A stretch of 64,000 bases of DNA from the human T2T-CHM13v2.0 reference genome, Homo sapiens: assembly GCF_009914755.1 (NCBI RefSeq), contig NC_060932.1. One strand, given 5' to 3'. Both the position numbers and the translations under genes were made by a program. The notes beneath the pieces were generated by a model. The model did not search any database, was not told the DNA's origin, and was given only the letters and a program-made list of their open reading frames with translations. Shown piece after piece: positions 11,440 through 26,603 of this stretch (the stretch's first letter is position 1; each line of letters opens with the position of its first letter).

Positions 11440-12550
11440 CATTTCCAAAATAGAATCATACATATTACTCTCAAACTCTATTTTCATTTTAAAATATATA
11501 ACACACACCCCTCTAGTTCAATATATGCCATAACTCATTCTTTGTAATAGCCTCATAACATTCCATATTATAGATATATCATGATTTTTCTATTGTTCCC
11601 GTACTGATGGACTTTGTTTTCAGCTTTTAGAAAAATCAACACATACAGTGCTACAATTTTAACACACATGCTAATTATTTTATTTCAGACAGGTATTTTC
11701 TAATAGGATTTATCAAAAGGGTGTGAGGATCTTAACTCTTAAAACTTTTTTTGACATATAGAAATTTTTATTTAAATAGAGACGAGGGTCTCACCATGTT
11801 GCCTAGACTTGTCTCAACCTCCTAGGCTCAAGGAATCAACCCTCTTTGGCCTCCCAAAGTGTTAGGATTACAGGCGTGAGCCACCGTGCGTGGCGGAGGA
11901 TCTTAACTTTTATTAGATTCAGCTGATTACTTTCCGAAGAGGTTATAACAATTTGACCTTCTCTGGCACTATATGACAGTTCCAGTTGCTTCCTCATCCT
12001 CACCAGCACTAAGCATTTTCTATCTATGGGAAAAATTAAAACACTTAATTGTTTTAATTTGCATTTCCTTGTGAGTGAAATGTGCCTTTTTATGTAAGTT
12101 AGTTTTTCTTTGCATATTCTCTTCTGTAAATGGCCCTCTAGGATAAAATTAAGTTATATTCTTCCTTATACTGTGTACAAAAAAATAATTCCATATAAAG
12201 ATCTAAATGTAAAAAAGAAAAATTATGCAAAATCAGCAGGAAAACAATCCTAGAATATTTAGAGTGGGAGCAATATTTGACATTTTTAAACAAGCTAAAA
12301 CTAAATACCACAAAGAAAGAAAAACTAATGGTGGATTTGAATTATAACCATTAAGATGGTTTCTATTGCTCTTTTCCTTACAGAAAAAGTCAAAAGACAA
12401 ATGACAGATTGGTAAAGAAGCATGTGTTACAGATATGATACACAAAGGATTAATATCTCTAATACATGGTTCTCTCAGAAGCTGATAAGAAAATGCAAAA
12501 TTAAAAATTTAAAAAAACCCAAAAATGAGCAAAGCATACAAATTCACTGA
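11440..12550. mobile_element. Old L1M fragments (minus strand, then plus strand)
   Basis: L1M 3'-region-like text (ttgttttaatttgcatttcc; caaaggattaatatctctaatac). Confidence 0.55.
11758..11893 (-). mobile_element. FLAM/AluJ left monomer
   Basis: gtctcaccatgttgcc...cctcccaaagtgttaggattacaggcgtgagccaccg. Confidence 0.85.
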
Positions 12551-13962
12551 CTTTTTTCCCTCTCTGACACACTACTTCTGAAGTCCCCTGTGTTTAAAAT
12601 GTAGAACCTGTGCTTGTTTACATCAGATACATCAATGAGTAGATGTCTCTCCTCCTACATGGCCTTCTCACACTCACCTCTTTTCTCTAGCTGTAGGGCC
12701 TCTTGGCACCAGGGTCTGATTTCCTCATGTGGTGTGTTGCCTTTGGTAAACCTCACATACCTCCTAATCACAGCTGAGCTGTCCTTTTGACGTGTGCCCC
12801 CACGTCTCCCCTTTCAACTCTGCAGCGAACTTACAGCAGCTCAATGCTTCTTGAAGCCAAAAGCTTATATTCAGAAAGCTCTGTACACAAAACAAAAGGC
12901 CCCACTGAGCACCACTTCACCAATTTCAGGTGTGCCCTACAACGGAAGGACACATTTACTTGCAGAGTTTAGAAACTGAGTTTTGAGAAGACACCTGTGT
13001 AGCACTTATATCTATGAGAATTGAAAGCAACTACTTGCATACCACACACATAGATGAGGAACAACTGAGACAACCCAAGACAAAGTGCTTTGCAAAGTCT
13101 AATGTCCTACATACAACTGACAGTAAGCCATTGGGCCCAGTTTCCCTTAAAACCACACAATTAAAAATAATCAGTAAGCAACGGGAGCAATCATGTACCC
13201 CTTACTTCCTTTCCCAAGTTGGAGACTCTCAACAGCTCTGATCTGCTCTCACAGCCATGCCCAACAAATTCCTCATCATTCAAGGCCCTGCCTTAAGGAT
13301 AACATCTTCAGGAAGTCCTCTTCCATCTTAGACTCATCCCCCAATTTTTGGTTATCAGTTCCTTCTGAGTTGTTAGCATTCTGTGTTAACAAGTTATAAA
13401 GGAGAAGTCCCTTATAACTTTAACCACAGTTGTAATTAATCTGAGTTACCTGGGCTAGAATAGTCGGCTACCTGGGCTAGAGTGGAAATTCAGTGAAAAC
13501 AAGGATCATGTCCATTTTGTGTAGAGTGCTTAGCATGGTTCCAGGTATGTATTAGATGATCAAAACCTTTGTTGAATGAGTAAAGAAAAACCACAGTATC
13601 TTGTTTATTTATATCATAGCTGTTGTAAGAGTTTATAACTGTTTACTTGTTCATTGTTTGTTTCCCTCGTGAAATTATGGGCTTCACAAAACAGGTGCTT
13701 TTTTTCTGCCTTAGTGCTAGCCCTTTATATTCCTAATATCTAAAACAATTTGGGACATATAGGTGCTCAATACAAATTTAACAAATAAATGAATATAGGC
13801 CTCAGTATATGCTGTTGTTGGTGAACAAGGAACTTTGAGATCATCATCACCTCCATTTTCAAAACTTCATGACTGAAAATTGTAAGCAACTTCAATCTCC
13901 ATAGACTTTAAGTCATTTTACATCTACATTGTTACTTAATGTACCAGTATTTTACATTTCGT

Positions 13963-14272
13963 TTTTTTAGAGATGGAGTCACTCTGTCACCCAGGCTGGA
14001 GTGCAGTGGCACAACCATAGCTCACTGCAACCTTGAACTCGTGGGTTCAAGAGATCCTCTCACCTCTGCCTCTAGAGTAGCTAGGACCACAGACTTGTGC
14101 CACTGTGCCTGGGTTTTATTTTAAAATTGTTTTTGTAGAGACAAGGTATTGCTGTGTCACTCAGGCTGGTCTCAAGCAATCTTGGCCTCAAGCAATCCTC
14201 CTGGTTCAGCAATCCTCCTGCCTCAGCCTCCCAAAGTGCTGGGATAACATGCGTAAGCCACCATGCTTGGCT
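13963..14272 (-). mobile_element. AluJ
   Basis: Reverse dimer with J diagnostics (atagctcactgcaaccttgaactc). Confidence 0.9.
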
Positions 14273-15730
14273 ACTTACATTATAAAACACAAAAAATTAA
14301 AATGTACTTAAGAATGAGATAAAATAAATTTTAGATATGTATGCTACTTTGGACCATCCTACTTTGAAGATAATTTTTTTTCTGGATGACAATGGGTACC
14401 CCAGATTTGCGCTATGATCTGTCACTTAAGATAGCTGCAAATTTAAGATTTTTCAACATTCCTTAACCAGAAGCCTGAGTTTTAAGACAAAAGCCTCTTT
14501 AATCAAGGTTCTAGAACTCATGAGAGCAAGACAGAGGCCAAGAAAAATGATTTGTAAGTGATTGAAAAATAATTTTTATTCAGAAGCTCTTTTTCTTATA
14601 GTTTTCAGGTTGAGGTTACCGGTTAGGGAGATAATGAAGTATATATAGATCACTGGTGATGTCTACTCAAACAGTGAGAAGTTCAAAGTGATGGAAAGTC
14701 AGAAAAGATTAGGGAAGAGGAATTTTATCAAGCAGTGGAGTAGCAGTAGAAAATTTATGCAGACAAACTTTCCTTTCAATCCATGCTTCACAGAGGCAAG
14801 AAAAAATAGCCCCTAGCCTTCTTTGGCAAATGACGACGTTTAACCTGGACGAGGTTCTAACGATGGCTATTATTGTAGTTTTAAAAAGTAATTGATGGTG
14901 CAAGAAACTGCTGGCAAATATTTTTTCTGGAAAGTCTTCTTAAAATGGGCTTGTTCAGGCTTGGAAAAATACATGTTATAGGGGAATACATATGAAAGTG
15001 TAATGAATTCTCCCTCCAGTCATTTCAAATGCTTTTTTCCTAACTTTTAAATAAAAATCTAAATACAGATTTAATCATACTGTGATATTGAGACCACTGA
15101 AGAATTTCTATTTGAAAATCCATTTACTTAAATGCATATATCAGCATGATGCAGGGAGGTTCTGGCATTATTCTAAGCCGAAAGGCCTCGAGCACTGCTC
15201 CTCTGTTTCACATCTCTCCAGTATCTATGTGACACGCAGCAAGACAGCCACTTTGGCCATTTAATGCTTCATTGGAATATTCAATAATCTCATTTTCAGT
15301 TAGAAATAAAGGAGGAACATGCTTGTTTTTCTTTTCAGTCATTAGTTTGGCACTGAGTGTTGTATTGTTAAATTTACTAACTTCTGATTCTTATTTGCAA
15401 TGATTTTAGAATGGTTTTGGCACAAGGCACCACAGAAGCTGCAATTCTTGCTATAGGGTTGATTTTTTAAAAATCTTTTTGAGAATTTACACATGCTTAA
15501 AATTACTTTTAATCTGATTATAAAAGCTGTTCATGCTTCATGCAGAAGAATTAGTAAATACAGAAAAAAGTATAGGGAGAAAGAAAAAAAAACCCTATGT
15601 TACAGTGTCACTTGGACATAACAACCACTTGTTATTTTGGAGCTTTCCCCCCAGATATAGTTAACTATATCATATAGCAAAACCAAAACTACTGATACCT
15701 TTGTATCCTATTTTCTCATTTTTTATTGTA

Positions 15731-16839
<1,109 letters not shown>

Positions 16840-17069
16840 GAATCTTGAGCATTAAAAATTATTTATAGACATTTATAGCCGGCACAAAAGGGTCTATAAT
16901 TTGCACTATAATGAGCCTTTCTCATTGTTGAACACATAGGTAGCATCCCAAGTTTTGATAGACTAAATAAATTGATAACAAACGTCTTTCCATGCACTCT
17001 AAATCTTTGCCTACATTTCAGATAATCCCCTTAGGAAAGCTTTTTAGAAATGAAACTGTAGAGAGTATT

Positions 17070-17662
17070 AATACTGCAAATAGCTTACATTTATTGAGTT
17101 TATTTGTCCTAGTCTCTGCCTAAGCATTTTACATATATGAACTTATTCAATATTAGTTCTATTTTAGATATGAGAAAATTGAGGCACAGGGATATTAAGT
17201 AATTCCTTCCAATTATCACATCACTAGTAAGTGGAAGAACTAGGACATGAACCCAGGCAGGCTGAGGATGGAGCTGGTGGTCCGAACCTTTATTTTGCAT
17301 GGATTCTCTAACCACATGTGTAGAGGTGACCCCAGCAGATCATAAACCTGGGACTTGGAAGAAAGAGACCACCCAATTTAATTCTTGGACATTATAGAAA
17401 GCAAGGCCCAGAAAGATGAAGTGACTTCATTAAAGTAGCACAGATAGCTAGTAGCAGATCTCGAACTTGTCACCTGACTCCTTATCCTGCAATTCAGTAA
17501 CTTGCTCCTGAAAGCATGGTGCCTGAACCATAGTGTCAGCATCACCTGGAAGCCCATTAGAAATGCAGAGTCCCAGGCTCTACCTGGGACTGCAGCTGAA
17601 TCTGCATTGTCAATAAGATCCCCTAGTGTTTTATTTGCACATTAAAATTCATTAGCTCTGGC
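17070..17662. mobile_element. MIR fragments plus MER5A
   Basis: MIR core gagaaaattgaggcacagggatattaagtaat; MER5A cagcatcacctggaagcccattagaaatgcaga. Confidence 0.7.
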
Positions 17663-18370
17663 AATATTCTCTGTAAACCTGACAGAGCTTTGATGATATG
17701 TTAATGGAAAATCTGCACATAAGCTGCTCGTATTTTTATAGCAAGAAAAAAAGCCCTAATTTTTCAGAGTTAAAGTTTATATTAAATTGAGCCATTTGAT
17801 ATTGCTGTTATTTTAAGATTTAAAAACTGTCATATACTGGCAACTTATTGTGATTCAACTTCAGTGGCTGCAGGAGTAACAACAAAACTTCCATGTGCCT
17901 GTTAATCTCTGTAGAGATCGGACTTGAAGAATAAGATGAAGTTCCTTCCCCCAAAGAGAGTACAGCTTGGTCAGGAAGAATAAACAATTAAACAATTAAA
18001 GTACAAAATAGTTAGTGCTACTGCAGAGCATTCTGAGTGCTCAGGAGGAAGTTAAGTGATGTTCTGGAAAACTGTTTTCTGGAAGAAAACGGTTACTAGT
18101 TTCTATTAATGGCAACAAAGACGGGTATGCAAGGCTTAGTCAAATTATTAAATAAATATCCCTGTAAGCCGCTCAGAGCCTGATGAAACAAATAGTTTAT
18201 AGGTATATAAAATATAGGAGATGTAAATCACCACTTGAACTGCCCAAGCAAAACAGCTGTGTTGTTCTTAATGGCGACAGCAGGTAAAGAAAGTTACAGG
18301 GCTTAGGACTTAGGGTGTGCTATTCTCACGGGCCCCAATTTGGCCATTTCTGTTTTTTGAAATCAGTGGA

Positions 18371-19192
18371 TGTGATGTTGGAAAAGAACTGTTTTCTCCT
18401 GCTACACTCAGCATTCAACACAGAACATTTCTGCTAGCAGATGTAGGGCGGGGGAGGATTCCCCCAACAAGCAATTCTCTCACACCAGCTGGATGTCCTA
18501 TAATTCAATTCTGACATTAACCAGAACTGCCCCAGATCTCATAGGTTAGTGGCCCAGTCCCACATAACTACCTCCTACTTCACATGCCAATCTCAAGTTC
18601 AGGTGTCTGGAAATTTTGACCAACCAGCTATAAATTAGGGGTTCCCATAATCTCCTCCCTTGGGTTTGGTTATTTGCTAGGATGGCTCACAGAACTTAGG
18701 AAAACACTTATGTTTACCCATTTATTATAAAAGATACAGATACAGAGCCAGATGGAAGAGAGGCATAGGGCAAGGTATGTAGGAGGGGTCCCAGAACTTC
18801 CAGACCCTCTGTGGGGATACCAACCTCGCAGTACTTCCATATGTTCAGCAACCTGGAAGCTCTCTGAATCCTGTCCTTTTTGGGTTTTTATGGAGGGTTA
18901 TGAGGGCACAATTGATTAAATCATTGACCACTGGTGATTAGCTCAAACTGCAGTCCCTTTTACTTCCCTGGAGGTTGGGGGATGGGGCTGAAAGTCCCAA
19001 ACCTCTAATCACATGGTTGGTTTCCCTGGCAACCAGCTCCCATCCGAAGGCTATCCAGAAGCCCCCATCACCTGTCATCTCATTAGCATACAAAAAGACA
19101 CATCACTTTGGAGAGTCAAGGATTTTAGGAGCTGTTTGCCAGAAAATGGGATGAAGACCAAATATATATGTTTCTACTATAAGAATATCATA
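18371..19192 (-). mobile_element. MER21-family solo LTR, complete, TSD GTGGA
   Basis: GTGGA at 18366-18370 and 19193-19197. Right end gaccaaatatatatg..atatcata is the reverse complement of the MER21 start. Confidence 0.85.
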
Positions 19193-21313
19193 GTGGATAT
19201 CTTTAGATTGAGTGAAATGAGTAACTGACTTTCCATTGTCCCATACAATGAACAGAAGAATCTTTGGAGTGATCAATACTTAAAAATACAATGTGTTTAC
19301 CAGAAGCCATGTATAATAACTATAAGTTATACTGTATGTTCAAGGGCACAAAATTCTTGGTAAGTAGTCACCATAAAAATTATCCATTCTTAAGAAATCA
19401 TTATTTGCAATCCTGCTATTACAGAAATGAGACTGGGTGACCATGCTGATTTTGCATCTTTCCACTAGTTGGTTTAGAATACCTAATTTGGGGATAGTTG
19501 GTTGAATCTTTGAATTGGCGATAATTCTACTTTACCATTTCATCTAACTTTTTTCTTATTAAGATTCCTTTCCTAGAAAGAACCAAGCTACCAATAGCTG
19601 GGTCCATGGTGAGTTATCCACCCTGTAATTAAATGCTGTCTATACAAGTTGCATTTGAAGGAAAAAAACAAATTCTTTTTCACACACAAAAAAAGAGGCC
19701 AAGATAGTGGCAAGTCCTTTGGTATGCTATACTTTTTCTTGAGAAACTATGCAGTGTGGTTTCACCCTTGGAGAGTCCCTTACTTTTTGCTATTTCTCAG
19801 CTGGTGCCCATCCTCTCACTTCTTCCACAATTCCTTAACTCAAGGCTAAGGCTTTAAGCCTTTCTCACAGGGACCAACTGATTTCACACCACCTCTGTCT
19901 GAATATTTCCAGCTTTCCCTCAGGCTGGACTGCTCTCTGGGCAGCAAGCTGAGCTCGGCTCAGAAAATGCCCCCATTCTGAGGACTCTTCAAACCACATT
20001 TGATCAACTTTATTTGATCAACTCTGTGTTTGAATTTTTACTGTTGCCTTATTTTAAAGGAAGCCTGACTGTACTCTCCAGGACTATTCTGTTTCTGTGG
20101 TACTTGGAATTTGTATGGGCATCTGAGTAGGGGAACCAAGTACAGAAATTGCAAGCAAACTTTCTTCTTATTGAATCACGGCACCTAAAGAGATAGAAAA
20201 AAAGTTAAAGGAAGAATACGACCAATAAAGTTCTGAAAGATACACTGGAAGTTCTTTGGTTTGTAAAAATTAGTCAAAAACTAGAGAGGATGTTAGGCTC
20301 AAAATGAATGATTGAGGAGTGACCTACAATTTCAGATGACTTCCTGTCTATTCCTTAGAGGATAAAGCAGCAATGACAAAAAGGCAAGGGTCGCTTCTCT
20401 AAATTTGGTAAAAGGTAATGGCTAATAAAAGTGTTGACCAGCTGGTGCCCATTCTAGGCCAGCCAGGAAATGGCAGTTTTGCCTCAGAGATCTCCTCCCC
20501 CAAGCAGAATGCCGGTCCAGTCACTTTTAAGAGCCTATATAAATAAAATATCTGAGGCCAACTTTGGATAATAGTGCAAGTGATACCCAAAACACATTGA
20601 ACAGGGAGAAATCAGCAGGAGAGTGGGAATATCGCCCTTAAGCACATACAGGTGGCAGCTGTGGGATCCCCACATTCCTCCGAAAGCCGTAAGGGCAAAT
20701 GGTTCCTGTTTTTCACTACTTGTCATTGATGAAATTTAGTGTGATAAAACTGCCTGCAGGTGTCAGCAATTCGATTCCTAGTTTGTTAGTTTCCTGTCCC
20801 CCTTCCTTCCTCGCTCTCTCTCATCCCTTCCTCCTCTTCTTCCCTCCTTTTTCCTTTGAAAATCTTCACTGAACATGCGAAACGCTATTTGGGGACTGTA
20901 AGAATATAGATAAGAAGATACAGCATCTTACTCTCAACTTGCTTATTTCCTGAAAGATAGGACATCCACATACAACTGTAATACCGAGCCGCACGTGGTT
21001 AGTGTTATAAACGACAGAGTGGCATGGGCTCTCAGAGGAGGGCGCGGTCACGGCTGATTGGTGGGACCTGGGAACTCGCGCTGGAGGAGGTAAGAGTTTG
21101 AACTGGTTTGAGAAAGGTGGGCAGATGTGGAGGAACATGCACAGAATAGACAAAGGACAGAGAACGAAAGCTGTAGGTGATTTTGAGAGGTTTCACAGTG
21201 ATAAGCAAACGGAAATTGAACACAGTCTGGACCAGAGCAGCAGGAACCAAGGGCGAGTGACTGTTCCATCGACCCCCAGGCTCCAGCCATGTCACCCTGC
21301 TGCTTGTCCTCAA

Positions 21314-21811
<498 letters not shown>

Positions 21812-22274
21812 CCAGGGACATGCTACACGGGCTTCCACCTCACCTCCTGTTTCCCACGCGTGGAAGTTTCTACCCTCAGAGCTTCACATAATCAGGAGTC
21901 TCACTTTATTCTTCTCATCTCCTCTCCTGACACTCTATCACCTTTCTACATTTTATCTCCGCTCAGAGTCCTTATCAGAACTCACTACTATGGCATATTA
22001 ATTTTCTGTCATTTCATTAGAATGTAAACTTCACAAGATACTTTGTTTTATTCACTAGGACTTAAAGAAGTGCTGTATTCCTAGAACCTACAGTGCTATA
22101 TCCCTGGGCCTTAAAATGGGCACATAGTAGGCACTCAATGAATAGTGCTGACTGAATACACAAGGTATTGCCTTGGAAAGGAGTGGGGGGCGGTGGGGGC
22201 GGGATCAGGAACCTGTAGAGTTTGTGGTAGGAAGGATAGAAGCTGAGATAACTCGGGTCAAATGCTGCATCGTC

Positions 22275-22601
22275 TTTTTTTTTTTTTTTTTTTTTTTTTG
22301 AGACAGGCTGTTGCCCAGGCTGGAGTGCAGTGGCGCCCTCTGTCACACAGGCTGGAGCGCAGTGGTGCAATCATGGCTCACTGCAGCTTCATTCTCCTGG
22401 GCTCAAGTGATCCTCCTGCCTTGGCGTCCCTAGTAGTGGAAGTGCAGGCATGCGCCACCACACCTAGCAAACTTAATTTTTTTTTTTGTAAATTCAGGGT
22501 TTTCTCATGTTGGCCAGGCTGGGTCTCCAACTCCTGGGCTCAAGTGATTCTCCCACCTTGGCCTCTCAAAGTACTGGGATTACAAGTGTGAGCCACCAGC
22601 C
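22275..22601 (-). mobile_element. AluJ with an internal duplication
   Basis: Reverse dimer with a long T tail at 22275-22299; caggctggagYgcagtgg occurs twice. Confidence 0.9.
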
Positions 22602-24559
22602 TCCCTCTTATCAAGAAAGATACATTTATTTGCTCTTATATAAAAGGTGTGGTGTCAGGCATTGGGGGGAGCAAACAGAGGGTACAGGTGTGTGTGTGGG
22701 TGCTTGAAGTAATTGGAGAGTTTTTAGAATAGTAGTGTGGAAGGTGCATGACCTCAGCAAACCAGGGCCCCATGGAAAAAAAAAAAAAAAAGAAAACCCT
22801 TATTTTAGGCAGAGAAAAACAAAGCAGACTAAATTTCTCTCCAAAACATTGAAGTAATTTTTCTGTCAGATATGACATTAAGATGTAAGATATTACATTA
22901 AGAAGATTTCTGTCAGATATTACATTAAAATGACTTACATTTTCCTCTGCTTCCACAAAGAGTTCTGAAAACTTAGGGAGAACTGGACTCCCCCATATGT
23001 ATCCTTTTTTCTGCCCTGTAAGTCGAGGGCTTAGAATATTTTTTTTCTGCAGCAAATTTCTAACTGCTGCAAATACTTTGCTATACAGGCTCATCCCAAA
23101 TGCCTCCAACCTTCATTATGTTTAGCAGTTTTGATGCCAAATATATTGCTATCACATCATCAGACATCCCATCACATCATCCCATCATCCCAAACATGAT
23201 GGAGAGATTATAATAAGACCCCAATCATCTCATTATAAATCTTGTGTTCTCATTACAGTCACAAAATCAGAAAAAGGAACCTAGTTGACATGTTGGTGAT
23301 TCATGAATTAGTCTGGTAAGATAAAGACATTCTTAAAGGGAGATAGGGGAAATGAAAATATGACCAATGAGGTCACATGTGCAAATGGTTCCAGCTTCGG
23401 TAAGTGCAAACATAGACCAGGGTCCTCATCTAGTGATAGAGTGTGGTACCCTAGAACTTTCATCTTTTATCAGTTGCTAAGATTGAAATGTTATAAAAAT
23501 ACATGACGTGTGTGTTAAGAAAACAAAGGTAGAAGAAAGCAGGAAGAGTGTGTTGACCTAATATACTTGCATTTTCATTTGGTTTTAAATACTTGTTCAT
23601 TTTTTTTAATCTCTCCCTCTTTTTCAGTTTAGACTGTGGATTAAAACATAAGCCCTCAGGAGACACAGACTGTCGTTTCCTCTGCAAGACACTGCCTGGC
23701 ACAGCTACTTTGAAGATTCTTAACCATCCTTGGGGATAAGAAATGACAGTCAGGATGTGATAATTGCTACTCTCCTGGTATTGGGTCAGTAAGTGTTTGT
23801 GGAATGAGGAAGGATGAGAGAACTGGGAAGATGGATGAGGAGATGGCACCTCCAGTTTTCCGATAACTTAATGAGGAAGAGAATAGATTTGGCTAAGAAG
23901 ACACTAAGATGCTTTCAGTCTTTTACTTAATTCCTTAGGAAGATAGAAGGTAATGAAAAAAATTGTCAATTTTGTGACAGGATGTGTCTACATGAGAGAC
24001 TTTCCCACGAATAGCATAACTTACCTAATATAATACCTTGTATTATATTCTGATTTACAAAGTAGTGATCATCTTATTAAATGTTAGAGAAATACAAATT
24101 AGTGGCAGTCTTTTTTTTTTTTTTTCTTTCTTCCATTGCTATTACATTTCTGCCCTCTTTCCTTTTAGAGCTCCACTAGTTGCTCTTCCTTTCTCAGTGA
24201 TGGCAGAGGGAACTTTCTCTTAAAAATAGAATCAACTAAGTTCTTGGCTTAAAGTTGTTCATGAGCATGCTGTTACCTTTGGGAGAAATCAGAAGCGTAT
24301 GTTACGGGACCTCACCAACCTCTGCAGCCTTCCCTCCCCTCTCCCTCCAGGGGCACATTGCAGGTAACATTCTTCAGAAATGATTCTGGAGAAAACCTGT
24401 GGAGCTGGGTTTATGGTTCCTTTATGGACTCATCATCCATACCATCAGCTGGCCCCTCAGTGATGCTGGTGATCCCTCTGAAGGTCCCAAGTCATCTCCC
24501 GTCTCTCTTCATAGGACCAGGACCCACCTCCTACTTTACAGAGAAAGGAGAGGCAAACC

Positions 24560-26150
24560 AGCTTTCAGTCTCTGTGGAGACCTGACTCCATCTCACTTTC
24601 CTGTGGTCTTTCCTTTATCACTGGTCTCTCCCTTTCCTTATTTCTACCACCTGGTGTAAAATATGAGCATATCTTTCCTATCTTAAGGAGTAAAAGCAAA
24701 AGGGCAAAACACTCCTTTAACTCTATCAGCTCCCCACACTGCCCTCACCCCCACTTCATGGACAAGCTTCTTGAAATTATGGTTTCCTTTCACTGCTAAT
24801 TTTCTGACATCCCAATTCCCTTCTCAACCTACCTGCTCTAGTTTCCATTCACCACTCCACCAAAAGCACCTTTGATGATATCATGAATGATGTCCTGAAT
24901 GGCCTACCCAGTGGATACGACTTTGCAGCACTTGATATGATTAACCTCTCCCTTCTTGGATCCCTTATTTTCCTTTAACTGACATCTCCTGTGTTTCTTA
25001 CTCTGTTTCTAGACCTTTCTGCTACTTTCTTCTCTGCCTTTCCCCTTCTGCTCTATTGAGTCTTTGGCCCTCTTTTCATGTAATGAGTTCTTCCAGGGTA
25101 CTCCATCCTATACCAAAGGTTTCAAGAAATTCTATTGACACATCAGTTTCTGGAATCTATTTCATAGCCTAGAGGTCTCTCTTGAGCTTCAGATCCGTCT
25201 ATCCAACTGGGCACTTTATAGGCAGCTCAAACAATACATATCCAAAAAAGTGCTTATCTTCTCTGCAAAGGGCAGTCTACTTACCCGATTCTGAGATTCA
25301 ATTTACGCTATTCCCTCTGTGAAATAGTGGAAAAATTGTGAAAATTCTACCTCCTAAATATTTAGTTGGTTCCCTCTTTTTTCTTCTGATGTCACTGCCA
25401 TTAACCAGGCCCTACCTCGTATTACTAAGGTCACCATAACATCCCAGTCATCTTGACACCAGTCTTCAGCCCTCCAATCTTCCCTTTTCAATGATGGCAG
25501 AGAGAACTTTCTTTTAAAAATTGAATCAACTAAATTCCCTGCTTAAAGTTGTTCATGAGCATGCTGTTGCCTTTGGGAGAAATCAGAACCATATGTTATG
25601 GGACCTCACCTACCTCTGCAGCCTTCCCTCCCGCCTCCTGACTCCCTCAGAGAAAGATGCCTTCTGTTATAGCCATACTCAATTGCCCTGATTTTCTAGA
25701 CTTGACCAAGCTCTCTCACCTGTAGTTCTTTGCACCAATATATTCCCTGTGTCTGGAAAGCCTTAACCTAATTTCTAGTTGTTCCTGATGACTGAGATCA
25801 GGACAATGTCCTTTCAATACCAGCCATTTAAAAGAAAAAGTCAAAATATCTTGCATATTTAATAAACCACTCAAATGTGTTTTTTTCCCCCCCTTTGCAA
25901 TCGTCACATCTAAGATGACTTCTCTGGCCTTCTGTCCATTCTTCAGTCTGGGTTAGGTGACCCTCTCCTGCACTCACTTGATATCTGTTATCAAGAGTTT
26001 TCTCTGGAGGCACAAGGATCCCAGGGTTGGAACTGTTTGTTTACCTGCCTGAGTTACTCATTATGCTGTGCACATGGGCTGCTCTTTCATCTCTGTAGTC
26101 CTAGACTAGCAGCGGGCCAGACACCCTGCAAATATTTATAGACATGAAAT
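24560..26150 (+). mobile_element. L2 3' region, degenerate
   Basis: Pyrimidine-rich L2-like text (ctctcttgagcttcagatccgtctatccaactg...ctcaaaca) ending aaatatttatagacatgaaatgaa. Confidence 0.6.
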
Positions 26151-26269
26151 GAAATCCTCCCTTGTTAAACAATTCTCAGCCTTGCCAAATCACTTTACTT
26201 CATCCCCAATGACTCTAGAGAATAGGAAAGGGTAAGAAGATTTCTGGAGTCACCAAAAGTGGTGTTGTC

Positions 26270-26435
26270 AACTATAAAGAATGCTGTGAACTCAGGTGGC
26301 CTGGGTTTTAGTCTTAACTCTAGTGCTAGCTCTGCCAATCCTTTTACCTTTATGGAGTTCTGCTTCCTCATATATTGTAAAAAGGGATTGGGCTATGATA
26401 TATTTTTTGTCCCTTCCAGTCCCGACATTCTATGA
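26270..26435. mobile_element. MIR fragment
   Basis: cctgggttttagtc...gcttcctcatatattgtaaaa...cccttccagtc. Confidence 0.6.
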
Positions 26436-26603
26436 CTTTAAAAAATGTCATTTATAGAAGAAAAAATGCACACTTTTAATTAGCTGGAAGTCCAAAATTC
26501 TAAACATCCATTTGGAGATATTGTTATTTCAAAAAAAAACAAGTGAAAGGGAGAATGGGCTGGTAGTCATTGGATATCAGAGTAACCACTCAGAGAGAGA
26601 CTG

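Noticed and set aside
23150-23192. ATCACATCATC / CCCATC stutter
   Set aside because: Short low-complexity sequence with no further structure.
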